A stretch of DNA of 64,000 bases from the NCBI GenBank assembly GCA_965153285.1, contig OZ229111.1. One strand, given 5' to 3'. Origin of the DNA: Podarcis tiliguerta (taxonomy: Eukaryota). Shown here piece after piece: positions 1 to 11,485 of this stretch (positions within the stretch are counted from its first letter, which is position 1; every line of letters starts with the position of its first letter). Position numbers and translations under genes: made by a program. The notes beneath the pieces are model-generated. The model searched no databases. It was not told where the DNA came from and was given only the letters and a program-made list of their open reading frames with translations.

Positions 1-157
1 CAGGTGCTTGTTCTGAGCACCACCCAGAACCAAAGCAGCCAACCACATTCTTCACCTTTGGAGCAAAAGACTAGGGCTTATTTTGGGTGGGCACTCTGCA
101 TGCCCGTTACCCCTGCCATCCCTCAGTACGTCCCTTCCATTGGTTTCAAAAGGTCCA

Positions 158-337
158 GGGTCACATCCAAACCATACATATAAAGCACACTTAAAGCAGA
201 TGGCTTCCCACAAAGAATCTTGGGAACTGTAGTTTGTTAAGAGTGCTGGGAATTGTAGCTCTGTCAGGACTAAACTACTGCTCCCAGAGTTCTTTTCGGT
301 AAGCCTGTGTTTTAAATACGTGGTGTGGATGTGGCCC
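158..337. mobile_element. Non-autonomous DNA transposon (MITE), PIF/Harbinger-like
   Basis: Imperfect terminal inverted repeats GGGTCACATCCAAACCATACATATAAAGCACA ... TGTGTTTTAAATACGTGGTGTGGATGTGGCCC with an internally palindromic GGGAACTGTAGTTT / AAACTACTGCTCCC core; no coding capacity. Confidence 0.65.
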
Positions 338-1879
338 TAGATCTGCACCAAAACCTATATATGGAATTATTACATGGAAGCGACAAAGTATGTTAGGAAA
401 CTCAGGCCATTAACAGTCTAGTCTAGTCTCATCTTGGGTGGTTTGGGGAATCACATACCTACCATGCTGGCATAGTGATGTCTGGAATTATCACAAAAAG
501 CAGCAAAGTCTGCTAGCAAATTCAGGCTATAATAGTGTAGAATAATCTGGGTTTGGAAGGGGGAAATTCTCCCATGAGCTATGACGTTCACTGGTCAAAT
601 GTTGCAAAAGTCAAACTCCCCCATCCTAACCTACAAAACAGGGTTATTGTGACAGGTCCAGCACAATCCTACATATGATTCCACAGAACTAATATTCATT
701 GCATTCAAAAGGGCCTGTTCTCTGGAAGCAAACACAGGACTGCAGCATCAAGGCACAATCGTGAGCTCTTTGCAGGAAGGGTAGGATACAAATGGAATAA
801 AGAAATAAAACCTGCTCATTGGCTGACATGAGCTCCCTAAATTTAAGCACCTCTATAAGATCATTTCCGGCGTAAGAGCTGACTAGTTCCTCTATTGTTT
901 TACACATATGATGTAAAGGAAGCAACATATATAGTCTCTGCAGGTGCATTTTCTGTGACATTTTGAAGTCATTGTTTTCTATGAGAAAAAAACTCTAAAA
1001 GAAAACTATCTAAATGATCCCATCCAAATCACATTATATAATTTATGCAGACTCCACATTGATTATTGGAAGGAGAAAAATGTTTTGGGTGTAGTTAGAG
1101 AATATCTCCACTAAAGCTAGCATACCCTTTCCACCACTGAGCCACCAAACATAGACATGGCATTGTTTAATAAAGCAGAAACTAAATGACTCCCCAGTAA
1201 AATTAAGAAAGCTAAGGGCAATTCCAGTACTCAAAACAAATTCCTAGGCCCATGATTACTTTTGGCAAAGTGTATTTCTTTTACACCAAGCTCTGGTTGG
1301 TAGATCTTAGTGTTCTAACAAGATTAAAAGTAGATCTCACCAGCCTGAAATCTCACGCCAGTCAACAGGGCACCAAACTAGGAAAAAATCAAGTTACAGT
1401 GAACTAAATGGGCCTTACTCCTGCATAGACATGCGTGGGATTGCACGGCTGGTATTTAATTTTGTTTACTACCCAAACCGCTATGGCTTGAAACCAGCAA
1501 TGTAGTCATTTAGGCACAGGAGCACTAATCAATCCAATTAACGATACAGTACAGTAGTTTTAAAAATCTGACTACTAAGCAAACCCCTATGGAGATGAGT
1601 GGGAAGGTTTAGTACCAATTACATTGTTGCAAACAATGGATTCTGCTAATACCTTAAAAGGTGAATTTGAGGGATTCGTTTGCTGCATTATTTAGGCAAA
1701 ATACGACATATGATCAGTGATAAGGTGATACTGAAATATTTACCTAAATTGGTCCATTAATTAAAAACAGGCTTTTTCTTGAATTTAAAAAGAAAGCTTT
1801 TAAAATCAGCTGACCATCAGAGGAAACTTCCACAAAGTGCATGGGGGGGGGGGGGAGGCACACTTGCATCGTGGTAAAG

Positions 1880-1995
1880 CGACCTCTCCCAACCAGGCAC
1901 CCTCCAGCTGTTGTTGGACTACAACTCCCATCATCCCCAACCAGTGGCCATGTTGTTGTATGCCAACGTCTGGGGGGCACCTGGTTAGGAAAGTA
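1880..1995. mobile_element. Degenerate squamate MITE with the GGACTACAACTCCCATCATCCC core
   Basis: CCTCCAGCTGTTGTTGGACTACAACTCCCATCATCCCC; related cores at ~31905-31965 and ~63830-63925. Confidence 0.5.
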
Positions 1996-2846
1996 ACGAT
2001 GTGGAGAAGAGTAGTTGAAAGGATGAGTACCGAGCGTCTCGTTCAGATATGCTGCAGTAATGTTCTCCTCGTTATGCTGTTGTAACATAGCAACGTGGGG
2101 GACTGCCTGGTTACTTCTAACGTCTCTTGCGCTGGGTTATACGATTATGCAATACACCGGGCAAAGTGCAGAACGTTCCTAGAAACTCCTTAACTCGTGT
2201 CAGGGCCCTCACCGCGCGGGAAGCACGGCATGGACCTGCTAACCCTGCAGTCAGCGTCGTCTGCCTACACTGGCACTAAGCAGGGCGCATTTACACGGAC
2301 TGAATTAAGCAGCAATGGGCAAGTAACGGCTTGTCAGTCAGAGACAGTAATATGACTCCCGAGTTCCACCAGCAAGCCGGGGAGGAAGGCAGAGAGGGAG
2401 GGAGCTTGCGTGGGTTGCAAGATTTGCAAGCGTTTGCAGCTGCAAGGAACTGGCGTCGTGCAGAAACTTCCTACTGCAAGGCGCCTGGTTGCTCTCTTGC
2501 AGGGTCTGGCTACCCTGACTCGAGACACCCACTGAAACACCCCGGAATAGGTTGAAAAGTTCACAGCCTTGCAGAGGTGGCCTCCAACTCACAGATCGTG
2601 AGAAGGCGACGCGTGTTGACAAGAGCTGCAAAGCTGATAAATCGGCACTTTTCTCCCCGTCCCTCCCCCCAAAACAGCAGCTTTGAAATGCCTCCTTATC
2701 CCAATGCCTCGCTAAATCCTCAGAGTAGGGGGGAAGGCGTGGGGATATATTAAAAACAAGTCGCCTCAGGACTAAGGGCAGAAACTTGGGTCTCAAGGAG
2801 CGACCCCTTTTTCCACCCTTCCCGAAGGGAGCGGTAGGTTACTTAC

Positions 2847-3310
2847 CAGAACGGGTTTAATATCCCCTTTCTTTTGTCTCTGGGGTCCCCAGCAAATCCT
2901 GGGGCCTTTCCCCGCCAGCTGGAGAATGCTCCCAGGCAACCCTTCACGCCATTCCCCCAAACATCTCTATAGCCGCCATCCTTGTTGATGGCAAAATAAC
3001 CCGCTTTACCCCAAAGTATCATACGTGTGGCTTCAGGTGCAGTTAAATAAGCTTGCACTGGATTGGCTACGTTCGCCTCACATTTCAGGGCTTTAGCTGT
3101 GGTAGGTTAGGGTGGGGTGAAGGGTGACGCTGTACTTCCGCCCTTCTCTCCAAACCATCTGTGCACAGCGAACGGCGGCTAGTTTTAGGGACTGAAACAG
3201 GAGCTGTTTGCTGACCATCGAAACGAGGGGTTTCCTTGAGGGGTGGATCTCACATGGTGAGCCGGAAGACCCGGCAGGCTATTTCTCTCGTTCTGGGACC
3301 GCTGCGGAGG
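2847..3310 (-). promoter_or_regulatory. CpG-rich promoter and probable first non-coding exon of a divergent neighbouring gene (TMEM94 by synteny, unconfirmed)
   Basis: Local CpG enrichment; minus-strand donor CTG|GTAAGT (+ strand ACTTACCAG, 2841-2849); YY1-like AGGATGGCGGC (~2972-2982), CCAAT (+ strand ATTGG ~3062) and ETS-like ACTTCCG (~3135). In human, TMEM94 lies head-to-head with GRB2. No coding exon recognised. Confidence 0.5.
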
Positions 3311-3794
3311 GAAAAAAATCCCTGTTTATAGAAGATGTATTTTTAGAGCATGGATTTTCTTTCAGCTACTTAGAGATTCTATGATTATTATTTGTATTCG
3401 ACATTGGCATCTATACTTATATCGCTGAAATTTTATGTTCATAAACTGGAAAATATATACTGGGTAAAAAGTATCAAGTTACTAGTCCTTCATAATTAAA
3501 TTTAATGTTTGGCAATTAATCATATAGACCTGCGGGTATAGGGTAGTATAATAATAATAAATTGTAGACTAAGTTATTTGCCTGCTCAATAGCGATGGTG
3601 ATTTTGTGAAATTTCCACATATTAATCTGGACATCAGCAGGTACAGATTCTGTCTAATATACACCAATACCTGCCATAAATTACCTTCTGCGGTCTGCAT
3701 ATAACAAACTGGCTAGTCTCTACATAAAAGAATAAATGGACATTGGAAATGGTCAGACCACACCTGGAATACTGTGTCCAGTTGTGGACTACAC

Positions 3795-3959
3795 CAGTGG
3801 CGTAGCATGGGGGGGCAGGGGGGCAGGCCGCACCGGGCGCAACATCTGGGGGGGGGGCGTGCTCACACTCGCAGCCCTCTGCCCCTACTAAAATCCACGG
3901 GTTAGGGGGCGCAGATTACTTGCCTTGCCCGGGTGCTGACAACCCACGCCACGCCACTG
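3795..3959. mobile_element. hAT-superfamily MITE nested in CR1
   Basis: TIRs CAGTGGCGTAGC ... GCCACGCCACTG; perfect 8-bp TSD GACTACAC (3787-3794, 3960-3967). Confidence 0.92.
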
Positions 3960-4214
3960 GACTACACAATTTAAAAAGGATATTGACAAGCTAGAATTCA
4001 GGCAGAGGAGGGCAACCAAGAAGATCAAGGGTCTGAAAAGCAAGCCTTATGAGGATCTGTTGAGGGAGTTGGGTATGTTTAGTCTGGGAAAGAGGAAAGT
4101 GAGAGGAGATACGATAGCCACCTTCAAATATCTAAAGGGTTGTCACATGCAAGATGGAGCAAGCTTGCTTTCTTCTGCTCTGGAGGTAGGACCCATACCA
4201 ATGGATTCAAGTTA

Positions 4215-4446
4215 CAGTGGTATCTCAGGTTAAGTACTTAATTCGTTCTGGAGGTCCGTACTTAACCTGAAACTGTTCTTAACCTGAAGCACCACTTTAG
4301 CTAATGGGGCCTCCTGCTGCCGCTGCTGCTGCGCTGTCAGAGCCTGATTTCTGTTCTCATCCTAAAGCAAAGTTCTTAACCTGAAGCACTATTTCTGGGT
4401 TAGCGGCGTCTGTAACCTGAAGCGTATGTAACCCGAGGTACCACTG
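4215..4446. mobile_element. Tc1/mariner (Tigger/pogo-like) MITE nested in CR1
   Basis: TIRs CAGTGGTATCTCAGGTTA ... TAACCCGAGGTACCACTG, TA duplication; removal restores CR1 TTCAAGTTACAAGAAAGG. Confidence 0.92.
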
Positions 4447-5161
4447 TACAAGAAAGGAGATTCCAACTAAACAGCAAAAACTTTCTGACAGTAAGAACAG
4501 TTGAACAGACTCCCTCAAGTGGTGGTGGACTATTTTTCCTTAGAGGATTTTTTTGTGGAGGCTGGATGACCATCTGTCACAGATGCCTTAGTTGAGATTC
4601 CTGCATTGCAGGGGGTTGCTCTAGATGACCCTCAGGGTTCCTTCCAACTCTACATATGATTCTATAATTCTCATAAAACATGGTCATAACATTTTCATCC
4701 TACCAGAGCAGGCTCCAATTTGCCATTGTGCTGTTTCTCCCATCTCCTTCCCAAAGCAAAAGCTATTTCTTTATTTCTGTACTATTGCAAATAATATTAA
4801 AAGCAAGTTTTCAATCTTCTTTGCGTCATAGAATGTTAAAGTGCTACTGTATAGACTTAAGTTCATGCAGCGCCCTGCAGCATTTACAGTCCCATCCTGT
4901 GCATATTTGTTCAGAAATGTACCCCACCAAGTGCAATGGAACTGAGTCTCGCAAACAGCATTTTAAAAAAATACATTTTAAAAAATGATCTCATATTCTC
5001 ACAGCTAAAATAAGTTCATGATTGTCAGAAACATTATATTTCAGCCATCAAATCCCTGTGTGAAAGAGAAGTCTTTCTAAACTTAGAAAGAGATAAACTT
5101 AGAGAGAAATAAACTCTAAACTTAGAGATAGATGCACCTCACCAGGGAGGGCATTCAATAA

Positions 5162-5692
5162 TTTATATTTTTATTGGTTTACAAATACAACAAAAACAAC
5201 CAAAATTGTACATTCAAACTTCTTAGTTACCTCTTAATTCCATTTTTTGACTTCCCTCAATTTGTCTGAACTTCCTTCATTTTGTAACTTTTAACACATT
5301 CCTACCTATTGTTATTTATACTATTAGCTTCAATTCATTATTTATACTTATTATAGATTTTCACATCACAGAGCTTCCTTAAAGCTTACAAACGTAATCT
5401 GGTTATCACTTAGTTTTTGCAAATATTGAATAAACTTCTCCCAATCTTCTGTAAATCTTTGATCTCGTCGATTCCGGATCCTTCCTGTCATTCTGTCCAA
5501 TTCCGCATAGTCCATCATTTTGGTTCTCCATTCTTCTATCATAGGCAGCTCCTCTCGTTTCCATTTCTGGGCCATCAATATTCTTGCTGCTGTCACTGCG
5601 TATAAAAATAACTTCTTCTCTTTCTTGTTTATCTCATTCCCTGCAATACCTAGTAAAAATGCTTCTGGTTTCTTAATAAATGTATATTTCAA
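5162..5692 (-). mobile_element. 5'-truncated L1-clade LINE (ORF2 C-terminus plus 3' UTR)
   Basis: 19-bp TSD CAGGGAGGGCATTCAATAA (5143-5161, 5693-5711); open frame ..PEAFLLGI..LFLYAVTAARILMAQKWK..P.IEEW..W.KFIQYL typical of non-mammalian L1 ORF2 ends; A-rich tail on minus strand. Confidence 0.88.
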
Positions 5693-5797
5693 CAGGGAGG
5701 GCATTCAATAAGTGGAGAACCACTACCAAGAAGACTCAGTCATGGGTCACTTCTAGCCAGCCAACACCCAGCAGCAGCATCTATACTATAAAGTCAA

Positions 5798-5854
5798 TAT
5801 TATTATTATAATAATTATTATTTTATTTATTGACTTTATAATAGTTTGTTGAAA

Positions 5855-5885
<31 letters not shown>
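5798..5885. repeat. (TAT)n and (AAAT)8 simple repeats
   Basis: Direct reading. Confidence 0.85.
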
Positions 5886-5886
<1 letters not shown>

Positions 5887-6840
5887 ATATGGAATCACCT
5901 CCAATAAATTATCCTATAAATTCCATATTATATATAGCATTACATGTGAAGACAGTCTGCATTATAGAGGCGTAAAAACAGGTGCATGCAAAGTATATGT
6001 AACATGATGCCATTAGTTGTCCACAGGACAAATAGTTTGTGAATAGAAATCCAGATGACTTAAGCAAATGCACCATAGCACCTGCTACAAAGGAATATGG
6101 ATTCATTGCCCCCCTCTTCTCAAGGGACTTTCTTTATTTGCCTCTAGTATAATAGTCCCTTAACCTCTGAGTGTTAAGCCAGGCAAATCTATTTAGCCTT
6201 TCCAAGAGAAAAAGGCTCCAGTCCAGTCCTAGATTACACTGAGGGGAAAGAATGTGCTTTGAATGTGCTTTCAAGGTATAGTGTGCATTCAGCCTGCATC
6301 TCCAGTGCTCTCCAAAGGCCACTGTACCACTCTCCCACATTCAGTTCCATGGAGGCCATAGGGAGCGGGGCACCCATGACCAGCAGCAGGGGTCAGGGTG
6401 ATCCCTGTTCCTCTATGAGGTTGCCAGTCCATTTGTTCCAGGCAGGCTCCTGCACCACTGCAAGCTTCAAAGCAGACAGTCATGTAGTGAAACAGGTGAC
6501 AATGTCCCTGCTGTGAAGCTAGACGGACCCATAAAGAACACTGCACCTGTTAGGATGCTGTCAGTTGGACAAGGCACAGGAGCCCTCTTGAGGTGACTGA
6601 CTGGCAACTCCAGCCATTCCTCTTTTCCTTTCAAAATCTACTCCCAACTTGAGTGGCCAGATGAGAAAGAGACGAATGGAGATTGCACGTTGCAGATCGT
6701 CATCTCCTGTACGCTGCTGTGTCTTTGTAAATAAAGATCTGTTATGTGGTGTTGGCAGTGTAGGCCTGAGACTTAGGAGCTCCCTCTTTTGCCTCTAACA
6801 TGACTAACCCCCCCCCCCCCCGGCCTGTAAAAGGCAAGTA

Positions 6841-6991
6841 CAGTGGTACCTCAGGTTAAATACTTAATTTGTTCCAGAGGTCTGTTCTTAACCTGAAACT
6901 GTTCTTAACCTGAAGCACTATTTCTGGGTTAGCGGAGTCTGTAACCTGAAGCATATGTAACCTGAAGCGTATGTAACCTGAGGTACCACTG
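6841..6991. mobile_element. Tigger/pogo-like MITE, internally deleted copy of the 4215 family
   Basis: TA|CAGTGGTACCTCAGGTTA ... TAACCTGAGGTACCACTG|TA. Confidence 0.9.
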
Positions 6992-7098
6992 TAGAGACAT
7001 ATTTCCCCTGTTAGGGCTTGAACTCCCCATCACATCCCAACCCCATGTTCTATGCAATGAGCCACTGGAAGCTGACACTCTCAGTGCTGGGTTACACT

Positions 7099-7244
7099 CA
7101 GTGGCGTAGCGTGGGTTGTCAGCACCTGGGGCAAGGCAAGTAATTTGCGCCCCCTAACCCGTGGATTTGCGCCCCCTAACCCTAACCCCCAGATGTTGCG
7201 CCCGGTGCGGCCAGCCCCCCTGCACCCCCCACGCTACGCCACTG
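7099..7244. mobile_element. hAT MITE, same family as 3795-3959, opposite orientation
   Basis: TIRs CAGTGGCGTAGCGTGGG ... CCCACGCTACGCCACTG; perfect 8-bp TSD GTTACACT (7091-7098, 7245-7252). Confidence 0.92.
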
Positions 7245-8635
7245 GTTACACTGTTTCCTCTTCCTGCTTGGTGGAAGAAAATCCCCAACCACCATCCTCT
7301 GTGGGTCTTCAACCCTTATCTCAATGTGTGTTACTTCTGCAGATCTCCTGACCAAGGAGTTACGTCAGAGCTATGCTGTGTGGTTTATTCCTTTCCTTTC
7401 TGAGTTGTTTTCAGAAACCCCACTTTTGAAATTAAGAGGATTTGAACTCTGGCCTGGGGACTTGCAGCCACGGGTTTGCTGCTCCCTGTGTCATGGAAAT
7501 GGGGGCATTGTGCGAATGGTGCTGTGTGTGGCAATGCATAGGGAGGTGTCCTGGTTACCCCTCCATGTCGGTGTGGGTTAAATGGCTCTCTCTGTTTGCG
7601 TTGGTGGGATGTGGGTGTGATCTCAGTGGCAGCCCCTGATTGGTGGGCATCAGCAGCATTTCCATGGAAGCTGAAGGACGCACTGCCATGATTGCATCAA
7701 TGTGTGTGTTTCTGAGTTGCGTTCTGCCCCTCCTGTCCGGAAGATTTGGCAGCTGTTGTGCCAGTATAGCAAGAGCTTGTCTTTCTCTCCCTCCCTCCCC
7801 CCCTCCATCTCCTATGTAATTGGCATATAGGATTGCTAAATTAGTTATCTTTCAAGTCAGAAATAGCTAGCTGCAATTGTGCACTCTGTAGCCAATAGAA
7901 TAACGCTGGCAGTGCAGTCTCCCACCACCACCTTTTTATAGCAATCATTCTTTCTTCTCTTCGTGACCATAGGAACATGTGCTGTAATGCAGGGAATTCG
8001 CCTTCATTGCATTCCTCAGTTCTCCCAGGCTTCAATTGCAGTCTGGGGAAATACTGCCCCCACCCCTGTTTAGGGGCCTAAACCCACCCTTCTACAAGGA
8101 AAGTCAGCACAGCAATATCAGTTTATTCTGCATTGTGTTTTCAAGACACAAGCTGCTTTATTCTGAGGAGCACATTTGGGCTGCCCTGCCTTTGATATTT
8201 TAGCAACTGCTTGCAGTGAAGGCTGGCCAATGAGGGCTAAGGGGGCACTGCCCCACCAACCTCACTTACCCCATAGCTAGTCCCTTGCCTGTCTGCCTTC
8301 TTACAACTGGTTCAGAGGCATGGCTCTGTCTGTCAGATGCCTCCTCCCCAGTCTCAGTCTGTTGATTCCATGAGTCATTTATTTTGGGGTGTATGGGGTG
8401 CTACACTTCCTCCGCCTTGTGGGATATACAGTATTTAGGAAAGGAAAAGCCAAAGGAGTGAACCCTACACAAAGTGGGTGCTTTAGAGTACTAATACTTA
8501 ATCCCCTCAGGTGTCACCTAACAAAGGAGTTCCCCTGAGTTGATCAACACTTGTTGACTGAGCAGCATTAAAGATTGGTACATACCTAGGACATTTACAT
8601 AGGTAAATTTACTCTTCGCATGCTAATTGCTGATA

Positions 8636-9637
8636 CAGTCACACCTCAGGTTGAACGTGCTTCAGGTTGAGTGCTTTCGGGTTGCACTGCCACGGCAACC
8701 TGGAAGTAACGGAGCGCGTTACTTCCGGGTTTCGCCGCTCGCACATGCGCAGACGCTCAAAATGATGTCACAAGCATGCACGGAAGCGGCAAACATGGCA
8801 CCCGCAGACGCACCGTCGCGTCTTACATTATTATAAACAAAATCTGCCCTTTTCCCTTATGAGGTATCCAAGAGCCCATATAGAGTCCTTATGTAGGTTT
8901 CCTATTGGTAGGAGAAAATATCAGAGGTCAAGCAGAGAATATTGAGAAGCAAAGCAGCTAGTAAGCCTGATCTTTATTGATCTGTTGCAACAGGGTCCTC
9001 ACTCACCACACAAAGGAGGGAGGAGGAACCCAGAACAATGGCGCGCAAGGCCTTATATAGACTTTTGAAATTGCCACCCTGTAGATCAAGACCACCCCAA
9101 AAACATCATACATACATCACAGAAGGGGTGTAGCTCAAGACACACACATCCCCGATACATCATACCTACATCACAGAAAAGGCGGTCTACAACAGAAATT
9201 TGAATGTCGTTTTTCTCCTGTTGTTGTTTATCTCCTGTCTGGCAGGTTACTTGATTGGATACCCTGCTTACTTGATTGGATTGTCTGGGAAGCCTGACCA
9301 ATATTTTGTAATGATAAATACTTAGTTCCTGGGCCAGTTCACAGGCTCACACCCTATTCATATCTTAAATGTGCCCTTAAGACAGGATTTGTGAAGGAAA
9401 AGACAATGGGGAGGCTTTTCCATTTTCCTTTGACCTTGCAGAGAAAACATTTGCTCAGTTTGGGAATCAAAATGGTTTCAGGTCGGTCTTCCTGTGTTGA
9501 TCTATGTACGTGCTTGGTTGGTACACTTATGAACATTTAACATATATCTAAGACCTCAAAATTCCTATCACAACATTCTATTCAGGATGCGAATGGGGCT
9601 CCGGAATGGATCCCGTTCACATCCCGAGGTACCACTG
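8636..9637. mobile_element. Tigger/pogo-like MITE split by a solo LTR
   Basis: TA|CAGTCACACCTCAGGTTG ... CATCCCGAGGTACCACTG|TA; arms 8636-8828 and 9573-9637 flank the LTR. Confidence 0.8.
8829..9572 (-). mobile_element. Solo LTR (ERV- or Gypsy-type), 744 bp
   Basis: 4-bp TSD ACAT (8825-8828, 9573-9576); minus strand begins TGTGATAGG and ends ...TTTATAATA (CA terminus mutated); repeated CCAAT boxes (~9255-9280), U3 direct repeats, TATATAA (9053-9059) and AATAAA (8973-8978) in U3-R-U5 order. Confidence 0.8.
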
Positions 9638-10359
9638 TACTAAGAAGCAGGTACACACTTTCCAATTCACATGAATCTTGATTACATTCTCAAAGTCTGA
9701 CACTCAGTCTTTACACATAAACACTAATTAAACACCTAAAACGCCTTGCATAACTCCCCTTTTAAGACACATTGGGACTGTCTTATAACACATCTCAGTT
9801 ATACCATACAAGTTATAAATAAATCCTAATATTTACTATACGTAAACATTTAGTACCACATATTTACTACAGTATATAACAAGATGAAGTTATGAGACTG
9901 GGGGTTTGAACAGGAAAGGGTAATGGGGCTGATACTACTGCAAATGTTCTTTGATTGTGGCAAAGTTGCCAGGTACCTCTTCTATCAGAGAAATTACAGG
10001 TGATATGTTTCCATGGGAACTAATTGTCAGGCAATTTCCATTACATCTTCTACATAGGGCAAAATGACTCCCCCCCCCTTTCCCAAGGATGATGTAATCT
10101 AGGTGTCTGTATATGAAAAGAGACATGAAAAATGCTGTTTAAGACAAAACAAAGACTGACACAGAAAGCTGAGTTTGAACTCTGTGTAGACTAACATTTT
10201 AGGGCTGCCTCTCACTATGGAAGTGAGGTGGGAAGCGAGGTCTTTTTGGCTGCTGCCTGGCGGGTTCAAGCTGTATTTTCTCCTATGCTCATCCTATTTC
10301 TATATAAATTAACAAATATTACAAAAATATTGTAAGGTAACTCCTTCAAAAGGAAACTT

Positions 10360-10585
10360 ATTATCATCATCTGTATCCCAGCTTTTTCTCCAAAGACCTC
10401 AAGGCGGCACACACAATTCTCCCCCACCTCATTTAAACCCCACACAACAACCCTGTGAGGTAGGTTAGGTTGAGAGGCAGTGGCAGTGACTGGCTCAAGG
10501 TCACCCAGTGAGCTTCATGGCCAACTGGGGAGCTGAACCCTGGTCTCCCAGGTCCTAGTCTAAGCACAACACCACACTGGCTCTT
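10360..10585 (-). mobile_element. MIR/CORE-like SINE with L2-type tail
   Basis: CACAACAACCCTGTGAGGTAGG..GACTGGCTCAAGGTCACCCAGTGAGCTTCATGGC..GAACCCTGGTCTCC, the reverse CORE-SINE signature; a more degenerate copy lies at ~54235-54415. Confidence 0.75.
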
Positions 10586-10759
10586 CTGCTTACCTCACCT
10601 GAGTAAGCACTGCATCCTTGAAATACAGCAAGAAATTGAACACTATCATTTGTGGACTGAAGAGAGACAAAGGATTCTTAGCATGTTATTTGTGTTAATT
10701 GCCTGACTGATGCAAGGCTGTCTGTGTTTTCAGTAGCTGTTTTGTGAATTACCATGGTT

Positions 10760-10950
10760 AATTATCCTTGTCAGTACTTTTCTACATATCATTTTCCTCT
10801 GACCTCACTGTTTTTAATTCCCCAATCTCATACCATGTGAATATATATACCTGAACTCTGCATGTGTCTGATGAAGCAAATTCTAGTCCGCAGAAGCTTG
10901 TGGCATAATACATTTGTTAGCTTTTAGGGTACCAAAGGACTCCTAATCCT
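10760..10950 (+). mobile_element. Penelope-like element remnant
   Basis: TCTGATGAAGCAAATTCTAGTCCGCAGAAGCTTGTGGCATAATACATTTGTTAGCTTTTAGGGTACCAAAGGACTC resembles reptile Penelope terminal repeats; similar remnant at ~20150-20250. Confidence 0.5.
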
Positions 10951-11389
10951 TTCTTTGGGTTTATATCCAAGGAGCTGGTGCATGGGTTGTTCAATACTAT
11001 AGCTGGCAGTTCTACTTTTTAAAAATTGATTTTTTAATTTAAAGTAACAGCATACCCATAGAAGGAAAACAGAGCTTAGTAGTTGCACATAAAAGAAATA
11101 AAAATAGCTGCTGATGGCTGTAATTTTAGATGTTCCGAGAAAGGCAATCAGTTGAAAGTGTCTCTCCATAAGGTTCTATGAGTCAATGGAAGGTGAAAAC
11201 AATATTCAATTGTCTTAACAAAGTCAATAAAAGTATACCATGTCATATAGAAGGTGTGAGTCCTCCCCCCCATTGTACTTTACAGTCTATTGTTTTTCCT
11301 TGACTCGTATTTCTGCAACTTATGAGTCATCTTAATGGAAATGAATGTAAATTACTTATGAGTAAGTGTCAGGCTCACAATTTTTAAAA

Positions 11390-11485
11390 TAGTCTGTGCA
11401 ACCCAGTAATGTTTGCTTGGAAGTAAGTCCCATTGTGTTCAATGGGACTTACAACCTAGATAGTGTGTTTAGGGCTGTATCCTTA
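11390..11485. mobile_element. Old palindromic MITE (Harbinger/Chompy-like)
   Basis: Perfect hairpin GTAAGTCCCATTG-TGTT-CAATGGGACTTAC; degenerate relatives at ~4880-4960, ~16470-16540, ~17660-17765 and ~61965-62050. Confidence 0.55.

Larger units (their letters stand above)
3751..4671 (+). mobile_element. CR1 LINE 3' fragment interrupted by two MITEs
   Basis: After removing inserts it translates VRPHLEYCVQLWTTQFKKDIDKLE..RRATKKIKGL..PYE..LRELGMFSL.KR..RGD.I..FKYLKG (CR1 ORF2 C-terminus); ends in the CR1 tail CCTTCCAACTCTACATATGATTCTATAATTCT. Confidence 0.92.

Noticed and set aside
2331-2796. ORFs of 74-152 aa as possible TMEM94 coding sequence
   Set aside because: No resemblance to the TMEM94 N-terminus as I recall it and no convincing splice boundaries; probably intron 1.
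6560-6770. Possible LTR remnant (AATAAA followed by a PBS-like TGGTGTTGGCAG)
   Set aside because: Could not define TG..CA termini or a TSD.
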